Shown piece by piece: positions 20,991 to 33,641 of a stretch of DNA of 64,000 nt. The notes under the pieces were generated by a model, which was not told where the DNA came from, ran no database searches, and saw only the letters and a program-made list of their open reading frames with translations. A program made the translations under genes and the position numbers. Numbering within the stretch: the stretch's first letter is position 1; every line of letters begins with the position of its first letter. The DNA comes from an uncultured Candidatus Binatia bacterium (GTDB lineage Bacteria > Desulfobacterota > Binatia > Bin18): assembly GCA_965214605.1 (NCBI GenBank), contig OZ243961.1, positions 160,001 through 224,000 on the forward strand, written 5' to 3'.

Positions 20991-21770
20991 ATGGCCTACG
21001 AGTATGTGATTTATGAAAAAAAAGATCATATTGCGACAATTACGCTAAACCGCCCGGCAGTCATGAATGCAGTCCATCCGCCAGCCACGGCCGAGCTCTC
21101 GGGTATTTGGGATGATGCCATTGCCGATGATGAGGTGTGGGTGATCCTGCTGACAGGAGCCGGAGAACGTGCGTTCTCAGCCGGCAATGATCTGAAATAC
21201 ACCGCTTCTAGGGGAATGCCGACCGGACCGCCTCCAAAAGGTGGGTTTGGTGGTCTGACCGACCGCACCGATATTGATAAGCCAATGATTGCCGCGGTCA
21301 ACGGATTTGCGCTCGGCGGTGGATTTGAGATGGCGCTGGCCTGTGACATTATCATTGCCGCCGATCATGCCAGACTTGGCCTGCCCGAGCCACGAGTCGG
21401 GTTAGCCGCCGCCGCCGGTGGGGTGCATCGTCTGCCGCGTCAGATCCCGCTTAAAATAGCTATGGGCTATCTGCTGACCGGCAAACACATGACCGCCCAA
21501 CAGGCCCTCGATTTGGGTATTGTGAATGAGGTCGTCCCGCTCAAAGATCTGATGGCCACGGCCCGCCGCTGGGCCAATGAAATTCTCGAATGTGCCCCTC
21601 TGTCGGTCCGAGCGACTAAACAGTGTGCGATGCAAGGCCTCGGGCTGCCGCTCGATCAAGCGCTGGCCGACTCCTATCCGGCCCTCAAACAGATGTTCCA
21701 CTCCGAAGATGTCAAAGAGGGCCCCCGGGCATTTGCCGAGAAGCGCAAACCGAATTGGCAGGGAAGATAG
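20991..21770 (+). CDS. enoyl-CoA hydratase/crotonase (CaiD-like)
   Basis: TLNRP, FSAGNDL, AAVNGFALGGGFE, LPEPRVG, EGPRAFAEKRKPNWQGR. Confidence 0.93.
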   Translation: MAYEYVIYEKKDHIATITLNRPAVMNAVHPPATAELSGIWDDAIADDEVWVILLTGAGERAFSAGNDLKYTASRGMPTGPPPKGGFGGLTDRTDIDKPMIAAVNGFALGGGFEMALACDIIIAADHARLGLPEPRVGLAAAAGGVHRLPRQIPLKIAMGYLLTGKHMTAQQALDLGIVNEVVPLKDLMATARRWANEILECAPLSVRATKQCAMQGLGLPLDQALADSYPALKQMFHSEDVKEGPRAFAEKRKPNWQGR

Positions 21771-21823
21771 GGAGAGCGCGGTCGGCTATCAGCCAGGAAC
21801 GCACCTTCCATGGGACGCTGACA

Positions 21824-22243
21824 GTGTCGGATGAATCGCTCGTTCCCCAGGCGCATAGCCACACCGTCCGCGTCCGCTATGCGGAGACAGACCAAGCCGG
21901 TATGGCCCATCACTCGGCGTTTTTACCGTGGTTTGAAGAGGGGAGGGTGGAGCTGCTGCGCGGTCTGGGAAGGCCGTATCAGCAGTTTGAGGCTGAAGGG
22001 ATTCATTTCCCGGTTCGTGAAGCGTACTGTCGCTATTGGCTACCAGCTCGTTTTGACCAGCTGCTCGCGGTTGGGACCTGGGTCGAGTGGGTGAAGGGGG
22101 CGAGCATCCGTTTTGGCTACCGCATTGTACGGGAGGCCGACCAGGCCCTGATTGCCGAGGGGTATACCGTGCACGCGTGTGTTAATGATGCGGGAAGGGT
22201 TACCCGTTTGCCGCAGGCGGTGCGGCGCCTGTTGGGTTCCTAG
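21824..22243 (+). CDS. YbgC/FadM-family acyl-CoA thioesterase
   Basis: VRVRYAETDQAGMAHH..WFEEGR hot-dog motif; GTG start inferred. Confidence 0.88.
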   Translation: MSDESLVPQAHSHTVRVRYAETDQAGMAHHSAFLPWFEEGRVELLRGLGRPYQQFEAEGIHFPVREAYCRYWLPARFDQLLAVGTWVEWVKGASIRFGYRIVREADQALIAEGYTVHACVNDAGRVTRLPQAVRRLLGS

Positions 22244-22782
22244 CGAGTGCCGGACGATTTGCGGAGCTGTTCGAGGTAGCGCTGGCGCAGCCGTTTCAAA
22301 AATACCTGCGTCTGCGGCCAGCAGTAGTCCGGATAGGTATAGTCGAAGGGGTGAAACGCGCCGTGGTGATAACGCAGTGTAACCTCGGCGTAGATCCCCT
22401 GGGATAGGTAGATCCGATGAGCTTGGTCTTTTGTTGAGGCGAGGATAAGTTTATTGGCGTCAAGATAGCCTGGGTCAATATTCAGACGACGAGCGCCATC
22501 GACTGTCGGAGGAGAGGCGAACGACCATTCAAGGCGGTTCGTGTCTAGCTTAAGATGGGCTAGCGCTGCGGGTGAGATGAGCCGCTCAAAGCTCATAAAT
22601 TGGCGCAGCAGATGCGCTCCCATCTCCTTCTCATAGTACCGAGTCATTTTCCACTGAAGGATCTCACTTCTCAAGTCGACTGGGCCGTGGTCGCGCGCAA
22701 GTGCTCGTTCGACCGCGCTAAACAGAGCCGGGTCGGCTGACAGCAACCCGATCAGGAGCTTGCTAGGTTTGGGCGCAGACAT
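22240..22782 (-). CDS. DUF4416 family protein
   Basis: YYEKEMG, RRLNIDPGYL, LASTKD..HRIYL..GIYAE, YTYPDY. Confidence 0.85.
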   Translation of the reverse strand: MSAPKPSKLLIGLLSADPALFSAVERALARDHGPVDLRSEILQWKMTRYYEKEMGAHLLRQFMSFERLISPAALAHLKLDTNRLEWSFASPPTVDGARRLNIDPGYLDANKLILASTKDQAHRIYLSQGIYAEVTLRYHHGAFHPFDYTYPDYCWPQTQVFLKRLRQRYLEQLRKSSGTR

Positions 22783-22801
22783 GAGAAGAAAATGCTGAAC
22801 G

Positions 22802-23989
22802 CTATTTCAGCGCGAGCAGTCTGTCGTAAATAGCGTGTGCAACCGCGTCCTTGCTCATTTGCGAGAGGGGCTCGACCCGACCGGTGCGGTCAATCAGCGT
22901 CACAATATTGGTATCGTAGGCAAAGCCTGCGCCTTCTTGGGTTACGTCATTGGCTACGATCATGTCCAAATTTTTGCTTTTGAGTTTCCGTTCGGCGTTG
23001 CGCAGCACATCTTCCGTTTCAGTAGCAAAGCCGACCAGCCGCCGCTGGCCCTTTTGTTGGCCGAGGCCAGCTAGGATATCCGGGTTGCGGGCTAGTTCGA
23101 TGACAAACTCTCCGGCGGCTTTTTTGATTTTTTGCGTTGCGACGGTAGCCGGACGATAGTCGGCAATAGCGGCAGCGGAGACAACTATGGTTGCTCGCGG
23201 GTAGGCTGCTAAGACCGCGTGCTGCATCTCGCAGGCAGTCCGCACCGGATAAAAATCAACCCCGCGTGGAGGACGCAGAGAGGTCGGACCGCTCACCAGG
23301 CTAACCTGCGCGCCCCGCCGCTGGGCTGCGCGCGCCATGGCATAGCCCATTTTTCCGGTTGAACGGTTGGTAATATATCGGACAGGATCAATCGGCTCAC
23401 AGTTGGGACCGGCGGTGACAATAACGCGCTCGTGGCTGAGATCTTTTTTGCTCAGGACAGATCGGACTTCCTCTACAATATCGGCCGGTTCGGCCAAACG
23501 GCCCTGGCCCTCATAGCCGCAGGCCAGCTCTCCAGCGCTGGGCTCAACAAGGTGATAGCCGATGGTGGCCAGTTTTTGCAGATTCTCCTGAACCAGCGGG
23601 TGGGCGTACATATGGACGTTCATGGCTGGAGCGACCAGGACCGGAGCGGTAGTGGCCAGCAGGACAGTAGTCAGCAGGTCGTCGGCTAAGCCGTTAGCGA
23701 GTTTGGCGAGTATGTTGGCCGTGGCTGGGGCAATCAGCACGAGATCGGCCATATCGGCTAGACGGATATGGCCGATCTCGGACTCTTGGGTCAGGTCAAA
23801 GGTATCGGTTGAGACCGGGTTGTTCGATAGGGTCTGGAGGGTCAGCGGCGTCATAAACTCTTGGGCGTTTTTGGTCATAATGACCCGAACGTTGACCTCG
23901 GCTTTGACCAGCTGGCGAACGAGTTCTGCCGCCTTGTAGGCGGCAATACCGCCGCTGACACCTAAGACAATCTGCTTTCCTTCCAGCAT
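22802..23989 (-). CDS. coaBC: phosphopantothenoylcysteine decarboxylase/ligase
   Basis: GGIAAYK, APATAN, PAMNVHM, TAGP..IDPVRYITNRSTGKMG, VGFATET, IVANDV. Confidence 0.96.
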   Translation of the reverse strand: MLEGKQIVLGVSGGIAAYKAAELVRQLVKAEVNVRVIMTKNAQEFMTPLTLQTLSNNPVSTDTFDLTQESEIGHIRLADMADLVLIAPATANILAKLANGLADDLLTTVLLATTAPVLVAPAMNVHMYAHPLVQENLQKLATIGYHLVEPSAGELACGYEGQGRLAEPADIVEEVRSVLSKKDLSHERVIVTAGPNCEPIDPVRYITNRSTGKMGYAMARAAQRRGAQVSLVSGPTSLRPPRGVDFYPVRTACEMQHAVLAAYPRATIVVSAAAIADYRPATVATQKIKKAAGEFVIELARNPDILAGLGQQKGQRRLVGFATETEDVLRNAERKLKSKNLDMIVANDVTQEGAGFAYDTNIVTLIDRTGRVEPLSQMSKDAVAHAIYDRLLALK

Positions 23990-24493
23990 ACGTCACCGCC
24001 TTTGCTGCTATGAGCCCTGTCCGCTCAGATAACCCGTTTGCTCCCTTCTGCCGGGCTAAGACAGAAACTTTGGGGTAAAGTCAGCCCAGTTGGGCCGTTT
24101 GATGGTATGCGTTTCCTTCCACTCAAGTACCATCTGCAAGGTACCTAGCACCAGCTTCCCTTGAAGCAGCCTCCCTCGACTTCCACTGGAATTTCTTGGT
24201 CCTGATGGTGAGCGAGGACGTGAGTGGACTGAGGATATAAGAATCTTTCCCCTCCCTCCATACCGGTGATTTGATAGAAAGGAATCGAATTACCTCTAAG
24301 GTCATCTCTCTGTGCCCGGCGTCGCTTGTGGTAAGCGTGCAAACGCGCCTCACGCGTTGTTTATCCCAGCAGTTTGCTCGGGGGTGAGGGGTCTTTTCAA
24401 AAGAGCTTCAGTGGCGCTTTTCGCCCTCGTAATCGCCCAAGAGTCATCATCCACACATCGAAATTCTTCGCCGCGTCAAGATCGGTCATTTCA

Positions 24494-25314
24494 TCACTGC
24501 TCGGGATTTGTCGGGACAATGCCTCTTTCTTCGAGCAGTGGCCACAGCTTCCCTAAGGCAGCTTCTTTGTTGGCGTAGAAAGCTGATTGATGCGCGAACC
24601 CGAAAGAATTCCCAACCGTACCGTTCCAATTGCCGCTGATGATGCAGGTCCTCCTCGTATCGCTCCGCGCCCTGCCATGTATCTCCGTCACACTCGACCG
24701 CCAAGCGGGCCCCACCTGCAACCACAAGGTCAATCCGCCTGTTCGCGACTTTATGCTGAGGAAGAACGGTGAAGCCCTTCCTCGTCAGCTCTAGCGCAGT
24801 GTCAACCTCGAACCAGCTATCAAAGGGTGGGGGAGGCTTGAGAAGCGTCCGATTATCCTCCAAGTGGCGTTGGATACGCTGGGCGGCCGTCGGCGTCTGC
24901 CAATGCCTTCCGAACTTCAGGGTGATCGTCGAGGCATTCTCGGCGAGAGTCGGGCTGGTAGGACTCCTCTTGCCGGACAGGATTTTTGACCTGCTTCGTA
25001 ATTTCAGGCAGGAGATCGGGCCTGTCGTTTTTGTTTCGGAGGGAAGCTTTTTCAATCCAATCTTCGCATTCGGGAGGAACTTTGGGCAAGGCTGGTTCCT
25101 GCCGATTTTGGACTTCAATCCACACGTCCGGGTCAAAATTCTCCTCGCGACCCCACGCCCGCGTAAAACACTTTTTTTGCTTTGGAATATCATGTAACCA
25201 AAGGATGTCCTGATACTGGCTGATGTTCTTAATGACCTTGGTGCGCAGCAATGCTAGTCGGGTCAACTACTCGACAAGACGAATGACTTTTGATCGTTCC
25301 GCGGATTGTCTCAT
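24494..25314 (-). pseudogene. remnant of a large helicase/very-short-patch-type nuclease gene: N-terminus joined to the C-terminal PD-(D/E)xK domain
   Basis: In-frame stop after MRQSAERSKVIRLVE; C-terminal FDSWFE..RKGFTVLPQ..RIDLVV..LAVECDGD..RQLERYGWEFFRVR; no helicase core. Confidence 0.65.
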
Positions 25315-26266
25315 AGCGTTAACGTTTGCTGTTCCGTTCCTGAATAGTCGGGTTCACCACTATGCCAGCTAGTCTCCTCAGGGTATACCAATGACGCTTC
25401 GGTAGTAAGGGAAAGACAGGACAAGGCCGATGGCCAGGCTTGCGGAATGTGTCGGGTTACCCCATGCATCTGATGAAGTGATTAGGCACTCTGGCCGCCA
25501 CAGAGGATGGCGTCCTCTGAGCCCAGGACAAGGCTTCTTGATGCCTACGATTTGGTTGACCGCATGTGCCAGATGTTGACAGTGCTGCTTCTAACCGAAG
25601 ATCCGAGACGACGTTATTGCTAACGCGCTGTATGGCCGGCGTGTCCACGAGCTACCGGGCGAGGGGCACAGGGCGATAAGGAGTATGGCGGTATCTGCAT
25701 ACCTCGTGGAGCATGTCTGATGAAGAGGACGGCTGTATCGCCCGTCTGAACTTGGAGGATTATCCTTGACGGCGACCACGGGCATCACCGTTTCTCCTTG
25801 CATTCGGGCGATTTCATCCGTACGGAAGTTTCGGGTAGCCGAGATCCGGGTGTTCGCCGGGTATTGCTCTCGGCCTTGCCGAACGACAATGCCGCACTGT
25901 CGCTCGCAATGGCGTTCGGCATTGAGCGGGCTTTTGACCTAAGGATGGCCCCGCCGTGGCTGCAGGCCTAGTCCGCTGCCGTGCAGAGGTGCCCCTGAGC
26001 AGAGAAACTCAAGGGCCAGCGCTACGAATCCGCCGGACCGATAATTTCTGGCTTGATCTTGTTGCGGCTCGCCCCTATTTGGAGCTTCGCCAGTATGCCA
26101 GCCAGCCTACTCCCAGCAGGACTAATCCGACCAGCATCACACCGACTCCGCTCGACTGGTAAGAGGTGTCGAGTACAATACCCGCGCCTAGCATTATCAC
26201 TAGGCTGCCGAGGAAACGCTCAGCCTGGCCCGGCAGAGGGGGCGTTTTCATCGCTGGTCCTCATCT

Positions 26267-26986
26267 TTATAGAGCTGATGAGATATTCCGCGCCCGAGAC
26301 AGGGCGGTCAGATTGGTTGAAACGGCCATGAAGACGAGACTGGCGCTCAGGATGAGGTGGGAAGATGAACATAACAGATGGTTCATCGCCACACTCAGAA
26401 AAGAGGACAGGCTCAGGAGAACATAGCGCTCGCCGCGTTGCATCAGCCCCCCACGGCACTCTACTCCCAAGCCCTCCGCCCGAGCCCGAGTGTAGCTGAC
26501 CATGAGGGAGCCGAAAAGCCCGAATACCACGATAAACACGAGCCACGAGCCACCGAAAAAAACGCCTAATCCTAGAAAGGTCACAAACTCAGCATAGCGA
26601 TCAATGACCGAATCAAGAAACGCCCCGCGGCGCGAGACCTGGTTGGTCCGGCGAGCGAGGCCGCCGTCGAGCAGATCAAGAATACCGCTGGCCAGGACAC
26701 ACCACCCCCCCACAAAGACCGCGCCCCGCGCGTAGGCCAGCCCGGCCAGTGCGCTGCAACCGATCTGGCTATACGTGAGGGTCAGCGGAGACAGCTCCAG
26801 ACGCTCGAGGCTGGGTTCAAGCGAAGCCATCTCTGCCCGCATCCAGCCAATAATGCTCTCTCGTCGTGACTGGGAGGACGGACCGACCCGCCGCAAAAAG
26901 CCTCGCATGCTGAGGGCTACGGCGCCGATCACATAGATGATAAGAGCCGACCCGAGCCACGGGTGACAGCTGGAGAGAGGGGCCAT
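26267..26986 (-). CDS. CDP-alcohol phosphatidyltransferase
   Basis: DLLDGGLAR..GAFLDSVIDR signature; VSYTRARAEG; start uncertain. Confidence 0.9.
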   Translation of the reverse strand: MAPLSSCHPWLGSALIIYVIGAVALSMRGFLRRVGPSSQSRRESIIGWMRAEMASLEPSLERLELSPLTLTYSQIGCSALAGLAYARGAVFVGGWCVLASGILDLLDGGLARRTNQVSRRGAFLDSVIDRYAEFVTFLGLGVFFGGSWLVFIVVFGLFGSLMVSYTRARAEGLGVECRGGLMQRGERYVLLSLSSFLSVAMNHLLCSSSHLILSASLVFMAVSTNLTALSRARNISSAL

Positions 26987-27206
26987 AGGTATTAAAGATA
27001 GGCGAGGTCTGGTATGTCCCGCCCGTGGGGATTCCTTCTGCAGCCAAGACTCTAAGCACAGGCCTAGGGTCAAGTAAAGGACAGAGGCCGACCGCCCTTG
27101 CTTGTGGCCGGGTTCGCTCTCCTTGACCTTTTCCCCCCCTTTGGCATTATGGGAGCTGATCTGCGGAGTTTTTTCTTCAGGAACGCTGCCTGTTTTGAGT
27201 ACGCAT

Positions 27207-28205
27207 GTGTCTATAAAAACATCCCCTTCTCCCGACTCCCAGTTCGATCCCCGACTTGCTCCGCACATCTTGGTTGGGGAAGAATTAGCCCAGGTTGAAC
27301 AGCGTCTGGCCACACTCCTAGATTCTCGGGAACCCCTGCTGAGCGAGATTGGGCATTATTTGATTGACGCGGGTGGTAAGCGAGCGCGACCGGGGGTGAC
27401 CCTGCTGGTTTTTCGCGCCTGTGGAGGCACTGATCCACACGATATCGTTGATATCGCGACTGCCCTGGAACTCATTCATTCCGCCTCGCTGTTGCACGAT
27501 GACATTATCGACGGGGGAGGAATCCGTCGGGGAAAGCTCTCTGCGCTGGAGCGCTTTGGTCTGTCGGATACCCTGGTGGCCGGAGATTTTTTGTTTGGAC
27601 GGGCGTTTGCTCTGTGTGGACGCTTTGAGGAGCGGATCATTTCCTGGGCGACCGAGGCGTGTATCAACCTGACCGAGGGGGAGGTCATGCAGGGCCGGTT
27701 TCGCCGGAATCCGGCGGTGACGGCTGAGGATTACCTGGAGATTATCTCGCGGAAGACGGCCTCCCTGTTTTCACAGGCTGCCCGGCTAGGCGCCTATCTG
27801 GCCGGTGCCTCGACCGATATTGTCGAGAGGCTGGCCTCGTGTGGCTATTGTGTCGGCATGGCGTTCCAAATTGTGGACGATCTGCTCGACGTTGAGGGAG
27901 ATGATAAGCTGACCGGTAAGCCGGTTGGGATCGATCTCAAAGAGGGCAACCCTTCTTTGCCCGTGGTGCTGGCCATCGACTCGAACGCCGAGGTCAAGCA
28001 GGTCTTCCAAAATGTTCAGGCGACGAATCAAGAGATCACCTCGGCCCTTGAACAGATCCGGCTGTCCGGGGTATTGACCGAAGTCAAGCTCCAGGCACGG
28101 ACCTACGGCCAGCAAGCCCTGGCGTCTCTAGCCGACCTGCAGGCCTCAGCCTATGTGGACAGTTTACGGTGTTTTATTCGTCAGCTGGTCGAGCGGTCCA
28201 CCTAG
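27207..28205 (+). CDS. polyprenyl diphosphate synthase
   Basis: GGKRARP, LLHDDIID, KTASLF, FQIVDDLLD, GKPVGIDL; start uncertain. Confidence 0.93.
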   Translation: MSIKTSPSPDSQFDPRLAPHILVGEELAQVEQRLATLLDSREPLLSEIGHYLIDAGGKRARPGVTLLVFRACGGTDPHDIVDIATALELIHSASLLHDDIIDGGGIRRGKLSALERFGLSDTLVAGDFLFGRAFALCGRFEERIISWATEACINLTEGEVMQGRFRRNPAVTAEDYLEIISRKTASLFSQAARLGAYLAGASTDIVERLASCGYCVGMAFQIVDDLLDVEGDDKLTGKPVGIDLKEGNPSLPVVLAIDSNAEVKQVFQNVQATNQEITSALEQIRLSGVLTEVKLQARTYGQQALASLADLQASAYVDSLRCFIRQLVERST

Positions 28206-28219
28206 GGACGAGCGAGACC

Positions 28220-29002
28220 ATGGCTGCCGACGCGTCCTACGCCCAGCTTCGTCAGATAACCGACTCCTTGCAGCGCTACGTCGAGGTTCTTAAAGAGGGT
28301 GGGGTCGACGGGCTGCCGCAAGCCCAACATGTCTCCAAGCCCGAAACGCACGGCCCACCATCCCCCTCCCAGCCCATCCAGGCGGAGGGCTCGGCCAAAG
28401 ACGGAGTTTCCGTGCAACACGCCCATACTGATATCGACAGGCAACAGCTTGACAGTCTCCCGGCCCTGCGTGAAGCGATTGGCGACTGCCAACGCTGCAA
28501 GCTGTGCGAGCACAGGACCCAGATTGTGTTCGGTGTTGGCGACCCGCACGCCGAACTCGTCTTTGTCGGTGAAGGACCGGGCTATGATGAGGACCTCAAG
28601 GGCGAGCCGTTTGTCGGGCGCGCCGGGCAGTTACTGACCGAGATTATTACCAAAGGGATGAAGATGCGCCGGGAGGAGGTCTATATTGCCAATGTGGTGA
28701 AATGTCGGCCGCCCAACAACCGTGACCCCGAGGCGGACGAAATTGCTGCCTGTGAACCGTTCCTGCGCAAGCAGATCGAACTTATTGAGCCGCGGATCAT
28801 TATCGCCTTAGGCGCATTTGCCGCCCGCACCTTGCTTCAGACAAAAACCCCGATTTCGCAACTGCGCGGAGTGTGGCACACTTATCAAGGAACCAAACTC
28901 ATGCCCACGCTGCATCCAGCCTACCTGCTGCGTACCCCAAGGGCTAAACGTTTGGTGTGGCAGGATATAAAGGCGGTGCTGCGGGAGATAGGGAGGCTCT
29001 GA
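28220..29002 (+). CDS. uracil-DNA glycosylase family 4 (Fe-S)
   Basis: CQRCKLC, VGEGPG, PFVGRAGQLL, NVVKCRPP, HPAYLLR. Confidence 0.93.
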   Translation: MAADASYAQLRQITDSLQRYVEVLKEGGVDGLPQAQHVSKPETHGPPSPSQPIQAEGSAKDGVSVQHAHTDIDRQQLDSLPALREAIGDCQRCKLCEHRTQIVFGVGDPHAELVFVGEGPGYDEDLKGEPFVGRAGQLLTEIITKGMKMRREEVYIANVVKCRPPNNRDPEADEIAACEPFLRKQIELIEPRIIIALGAFAARTLLQTKTPISQLRGVWHTYQGTKLMPTLHPAYLLRTPRAKRLVWQDIKAVLREIGRL

Positions 29003-29072
29003 AAAGTCAAAGGACAAAGGTCAGATGTTAAAACGACAAGAGATACAGGCTTTTGGAAAGGATCGCTGAGCA

Positions 29073-30488
29073 GTGCAAAAATACACTGTTGGATCGCTGT
29101 ATCTCGTCCTGTGTGCTGTGCTGCTGCTAAGCTTGAAGCACGGCGAGACGCTCATGGCACAAGAAGCCGCGTCGGAGGCCGGACAAGCCGCCGATCAAGA
29201 AGACAGGCGGCAGACTCGGAGCATGGCGCAGGCTGATATGCGTCGAACGCATATCAGCCTGATCGTGGTAGACGCCACCATTAACCCGGCGGTGGCGGAT
29301 TTTATCAGGGAGAGCATTGAGCAGGCCGCGCACCAGGGGGCGCTCGCCCTGATTGTCCAGCTTGATACACCCGGCGGTCTGTTGTCGTCGACCAAGACGA
29401 TTGTCAAGGATTTATTGGACGCCCCGTTGCCGGTGATTGTGTATGTGGCCCCCGGCGGCTCGGGCGCGATTTCGGCTGGGGTATTTATCACCATGGCCGG
29501 AACGATTGCGGCCATGGCTCCCGGCACGACGATTGGGGCGGCCCATCCGGTTGCCGGGGGGGGGCAGAACATTGAAGGCGATATGCGGGAGAAGGCCGAA
29601 AACTTCACCGCCTCGTTTAGCGAGTCGATCGCCCGGCGGCGGGGGCGGAATATCGAGTGGGCAGAGCAGGCGGTGCGTGAGAGTGTGGCGATTACCGAGA
29701 CCGAAGCACTGGAAAAACAGGTCATTGACCTAGTCGCCAACGATGTTCAGGATCTGTTGCGTCAGGCATCGGGCCGGACGGTTGAGGTCAGGAGTACCAA
29801 GCAAACGCTGAATTTTTCCGCCGCCCAGGGGGCTGGCCGTTCGTTCTATGTCGTCCGCCAAGAAATGCGGCTCAAACACAAGGTTCTAAATGTCTTAGCC
29901 CACCCCCAGGTCGCGTATCTGTTGATGATGGCCGGAATTCTGGGACTGTACCTAGAGTTTTCGAACCCCGGCCTTTTGTTTCCAGGCTTGGTCGGGGCGC
30001 TATGCTTAATTATGGCTCTAACCGCGTTTCAGGTCTTACCGATTAATTACACCGGTCTCGTGCTGATTTTCCTCGGCTTAGCGCTCTTGGTGACTGAGTT
30101 GTTCTTGCCCAGTTTTGGCATTCTGGGGGTGAGCGGGATTGTCGCTTTTGTGATGGGGTCGTTGTTTCTGTTTGATTCGCCTGACGCCGAGTTGGCGCTG
30201 GACCGGGGGGTGATTTTTGGCGCCGCTCTGAGTGTCGGATTGTTTATGTTGATTGCCGGGAGCCTGTCGATGAAGGCCTATCGCCGACGTCCAGTCACGG
30301 GCACGGAGGGGCTGATCGGCGAGGTTGGGGAGGTACGGGTACGTCTTGCGCCGCGTGGCAAGGTGTGGCTGCACGGCGAGTACTGGAATGCGGAGAGCGA
30401 AGAGGACGAGATTGAGACAGGTCAGCGAGTCCGGGTTGTTGATGTCGTCCATATGGTCCTGAAGGTGCACAGGGCAAACTGGGGATAA
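29073..30488 (+). CDS. NfeD-family membrane-bound serine protease
   Basis: LDTPGG, SAGVFI, IGAAHPV, TM block, C-terminal OB domain (GEYWNA). Confidence 0.92.
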   Translation: MQKYTVGSLYLVLCAVLLLSLKHGETLMAQEAASEAGQAADQEDRRQTRSMAQADMRRTHISLIVVDATINPAVADFIRESIEQAAHQGALALIVQLDTPGGLLSSTKTIVKDLLDAPLPVIVYVAPGGSGAISAGVFITMAGTIAAMAPGTTIGAAHPVAGGGQNIEGDMREKAENFTASFSESIARRRGRNIEWAEQAVRESVAITETEALEKQVIDLVANDVQDLLRQASGRTVEVRSTKQTLNFSAAQGAGRSFYVVRQEMRLKHKVLNVLAHPQVAYLLMMAGILGLYLEFSNPGLLFPGLVGALCLIMALTAFQVLPINYTGLVLIFLGLALLVTELFLPSFGILGVSGIVAFVMGSLFLFDSPDAELALDRGVIFGAALSVGLFMLIAGSLSMKAYRRRPVTGTEGLIGEVGEVRVRLAPRGKVWLHGEYWNAESEEDEIETGQRVRVVDVVHMVLKVHRANWG

Positions 30489-30501
30489 AGGAGACGAGGC
30501 A

Positions 30502-31299
30502 ATGTTTGGTTTTGGATCAATGGCGACATTTCTCCTGATCGCGCTTGTCATTCTGATTAGCGGGATCAAGATTTTATCCGAGTATGAGCGGGCGGTGATA
30601 TTTCGCTTAGGCCGCTTAGTGCCGTACCGGGGACCGGGCATTATCTACGTGATCCCCTTTATCGAACGCATGGTTCGGGTTGATATGCGGACGCTGACCC
30701 TTGATGTCCCGGCCCAAGACGTCATTACCCGTGACAACGTTTCGGTGAAGGTCAACGCGGTGCTCTATTTTCGCGTGCTCGACCCCAGTAAAGCTCTGGT
30801 CGAGATTGAAAACTATTTGTTTGCCACCTCACAGTTGGCCCAGACCACGTTACGCAGCGTGTGCGGGCAGGCCGAGCTGGACGACCTGCTGTCCGAGCGG
30901 GATAAGATTAATACCGATCTCCAGGAAATTGTGGATACCCAAACCGATCCCTGGGGTATTAAGGTATCGCTGGTCGAGGTCAAACACATCGACCTCCCCC
31001 AGGAGATGCAGCGTGCCCTAGCTCGTCAGGCCGAGGCCGAGCGTGAACGCCGGGCTAAGGTGATTAACGCCGAGGGCGAGTTTCAGGCCGCCCAACGGCT
31101 GGCCGAGGCGTCTGCAATCATTGAGCAACATCCGGTTGCTCTCCAGCTGCGCTATCTCCAGACCTTGTCCGAGGTCGCAACCGAGAATAATTCAACGACC
31201 TTATTCCCGGTTCCAATCGACCTCCTCCAGCCCTTCCTCGGCAGGGCCGGCGGTGGTGGCCAGGAGCAGCCCGGCGACGGCCAAGGGCGAACCACCTAG
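30502..31299 (+). CDS. SPFH/stomatin-like (slipin) protein
   Basis: [49 protein letters not shown]. Confidence 0.94.
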   Translation: MFGFGSMATFLLIALVILISGIKILSEYERAVIFRLGRLVPYRGPGIIYVIPFIERMVRVDMRTLTLDVPAQDVITRDNVSVKVNAVLYFRVLDPSKALVEIENYLFATSQLAQTTLRSVCGQAELDDLLSERDKINTDLQEIVDTQTDPWGIKVSLVEVKHIDLPQEMQRALARQAEAERERRAKVINAEGEFQAAQRLAEASAIIEQHPVALQLRYLQTLSEVATENNSTTLFPVPIDLLQPFLGRAGGGGQEQPGDGQGRTT

Positions 31300-31323
31300 G
31301 GTGAAGCCTGCTGAGCCCGGGCC

Positions 31324-32361
31324 ATGTGGCTGTCCGATTTTGACTACCAGCTTCCGCCCGAGCTGATTGCCCAAGAGCCCGTGCGGGAGCGCAGCAGCGC
31401 GCGGCTGCTGCGTCTTGACCGGGGTCAAGGGACGTGTTCTCATCACCACTTTGCCGACCTGCCCTCTCTCCTGCCGCCCCACAGTCTGCTGGTACTGAAC
31501 GATACCCAGGTAGTACCGGCCCGCCTGCTGGGCCGGAAAGAGACCGGCGGACAACTCGAAGTCTTGCTTGTTCGTCGTGAACCGGGCCAGGCTGAGGTGT
31601 GGGACGTTCTGTGCAAGGGGGGACAACACCTTCGGGCTGGGGCCCAGGTTCTCTTTTCGGCCGAGTTGCAGGCCGAGTGGAAGACCCCGCCGCAGGCCGG
31701 GCGTGGCAGGCTGGAGTTTTTTCCTAGAGATGATTTTCACCGGCTGCTTGAGCGCTACGGGCAGCTGCCGTTGCCTCCATACATCAAACGCCCTGCGGGC
31801 AGCCGCGCTGCAGACCGTGAACAGTATCAGACGGTGTACGCGCGTACGCCCGGAGCGCTTGCCGCTCCAACCGCAGGACTGCATTTCACCAAGGCGTTGC
31901 TCGACCGCCTCGTCCAACAGAGCATCGAAACCGCCTTCCTAACGCTGCACGTCGGCGTTGGCACCTTTCAGCCGGTGCGGGTCGAGCAGGTGGAGAAGCA
32001 TACCATGGAGCAGGAGGAGTTCTCGATTAGCGACGCGACCGCGCACCGTATCAATCGGGCCAAAGCCCAGGCTAGAACAGTCGTTGCGGTGGGCACAACC
32101 ACTACCCGAGCCCTCGAATCAGCCTGTGATCCCGCCGGTTCTGTCCGAGCCGGTCGACAGCAGACCGACCTGTTCATCTATCCGGGCTTCCGCTTTCGGG
32201 TGATTGACGGCTTGATCACCAATTTTCACCTGCCCCGTTCGACCCTACTGATGCTGGTAGCCGCCTTTGCCGGGAGAGACTTGATCCTGCGTGCCTACGC
32301 CGAGGCGGTTGCCCAAGGTTACCGTTTTTACAGCTATGGCGACGGCATGTTCATTGTGTAG
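31324..32361 (+). CDS. queA: S-adenosylmethionine:tRNA ribosyltransferase-isomerase
   Basis: DFDYQLPPELIAQ, PLPPYI, AAPTAGLHF, TNFHLPRST, YRFYSYGD. Confidence 0.97.
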   Translation: MWLSDFDYQLPPELIAQEPVRERSSARLLRLDRGQGTCSHHHFADLPSLLPPHSLLVLNDTQVVPARLLGRKETGGQLEVLLVRREPGQAEVWDVLCKGGQHLRAGAQVLFSAELQAEWKTPPQAGRGRLEFFPRDDFHRLLERYGQLPLPPYIKRPAGSRAADREQYQTVYARTPGALAAPTAGLHFTKALLDRLVQQSIETAFLTLHVGVGTFQPVRVEQVEKHTMEQEEFSISDATAHRINRAKAQARTVVAVGTTTTRALESACDPAGSVRAGRQQTDLFIYPGFRFRVIDGLITNFHLPRSTLLMLVAAFAGRDLILRAYAEAVAQGYRFYSYGDGMFIV

Positions 32362-32483
32362 GGGAGCGGAAAGGAAGGCGGCCTCTCCGGGTGTGTCTGC
32401 TCCAGACTCTTGGTAGACCAACCGCCTCAGGGGGTGAGTTGCACGCTCGTCGAAAAACGCATACAACAGCCCGGCAAGACTAG

Positions 32484-33629
<1,146 letters not shown>

Positions 33630-33641
33630 AGGGGAAGCGCT

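Noticed and set aside
26267-28205. Archaeal-type ether-lipid pathway (CDP-alcohol transferase plus polyprenyl synthase, with IspH-UbiA elsewhere)
   Set aside because: No GGGP synthase or G1P dehydrogenase in the window; both genes are common in bacteria
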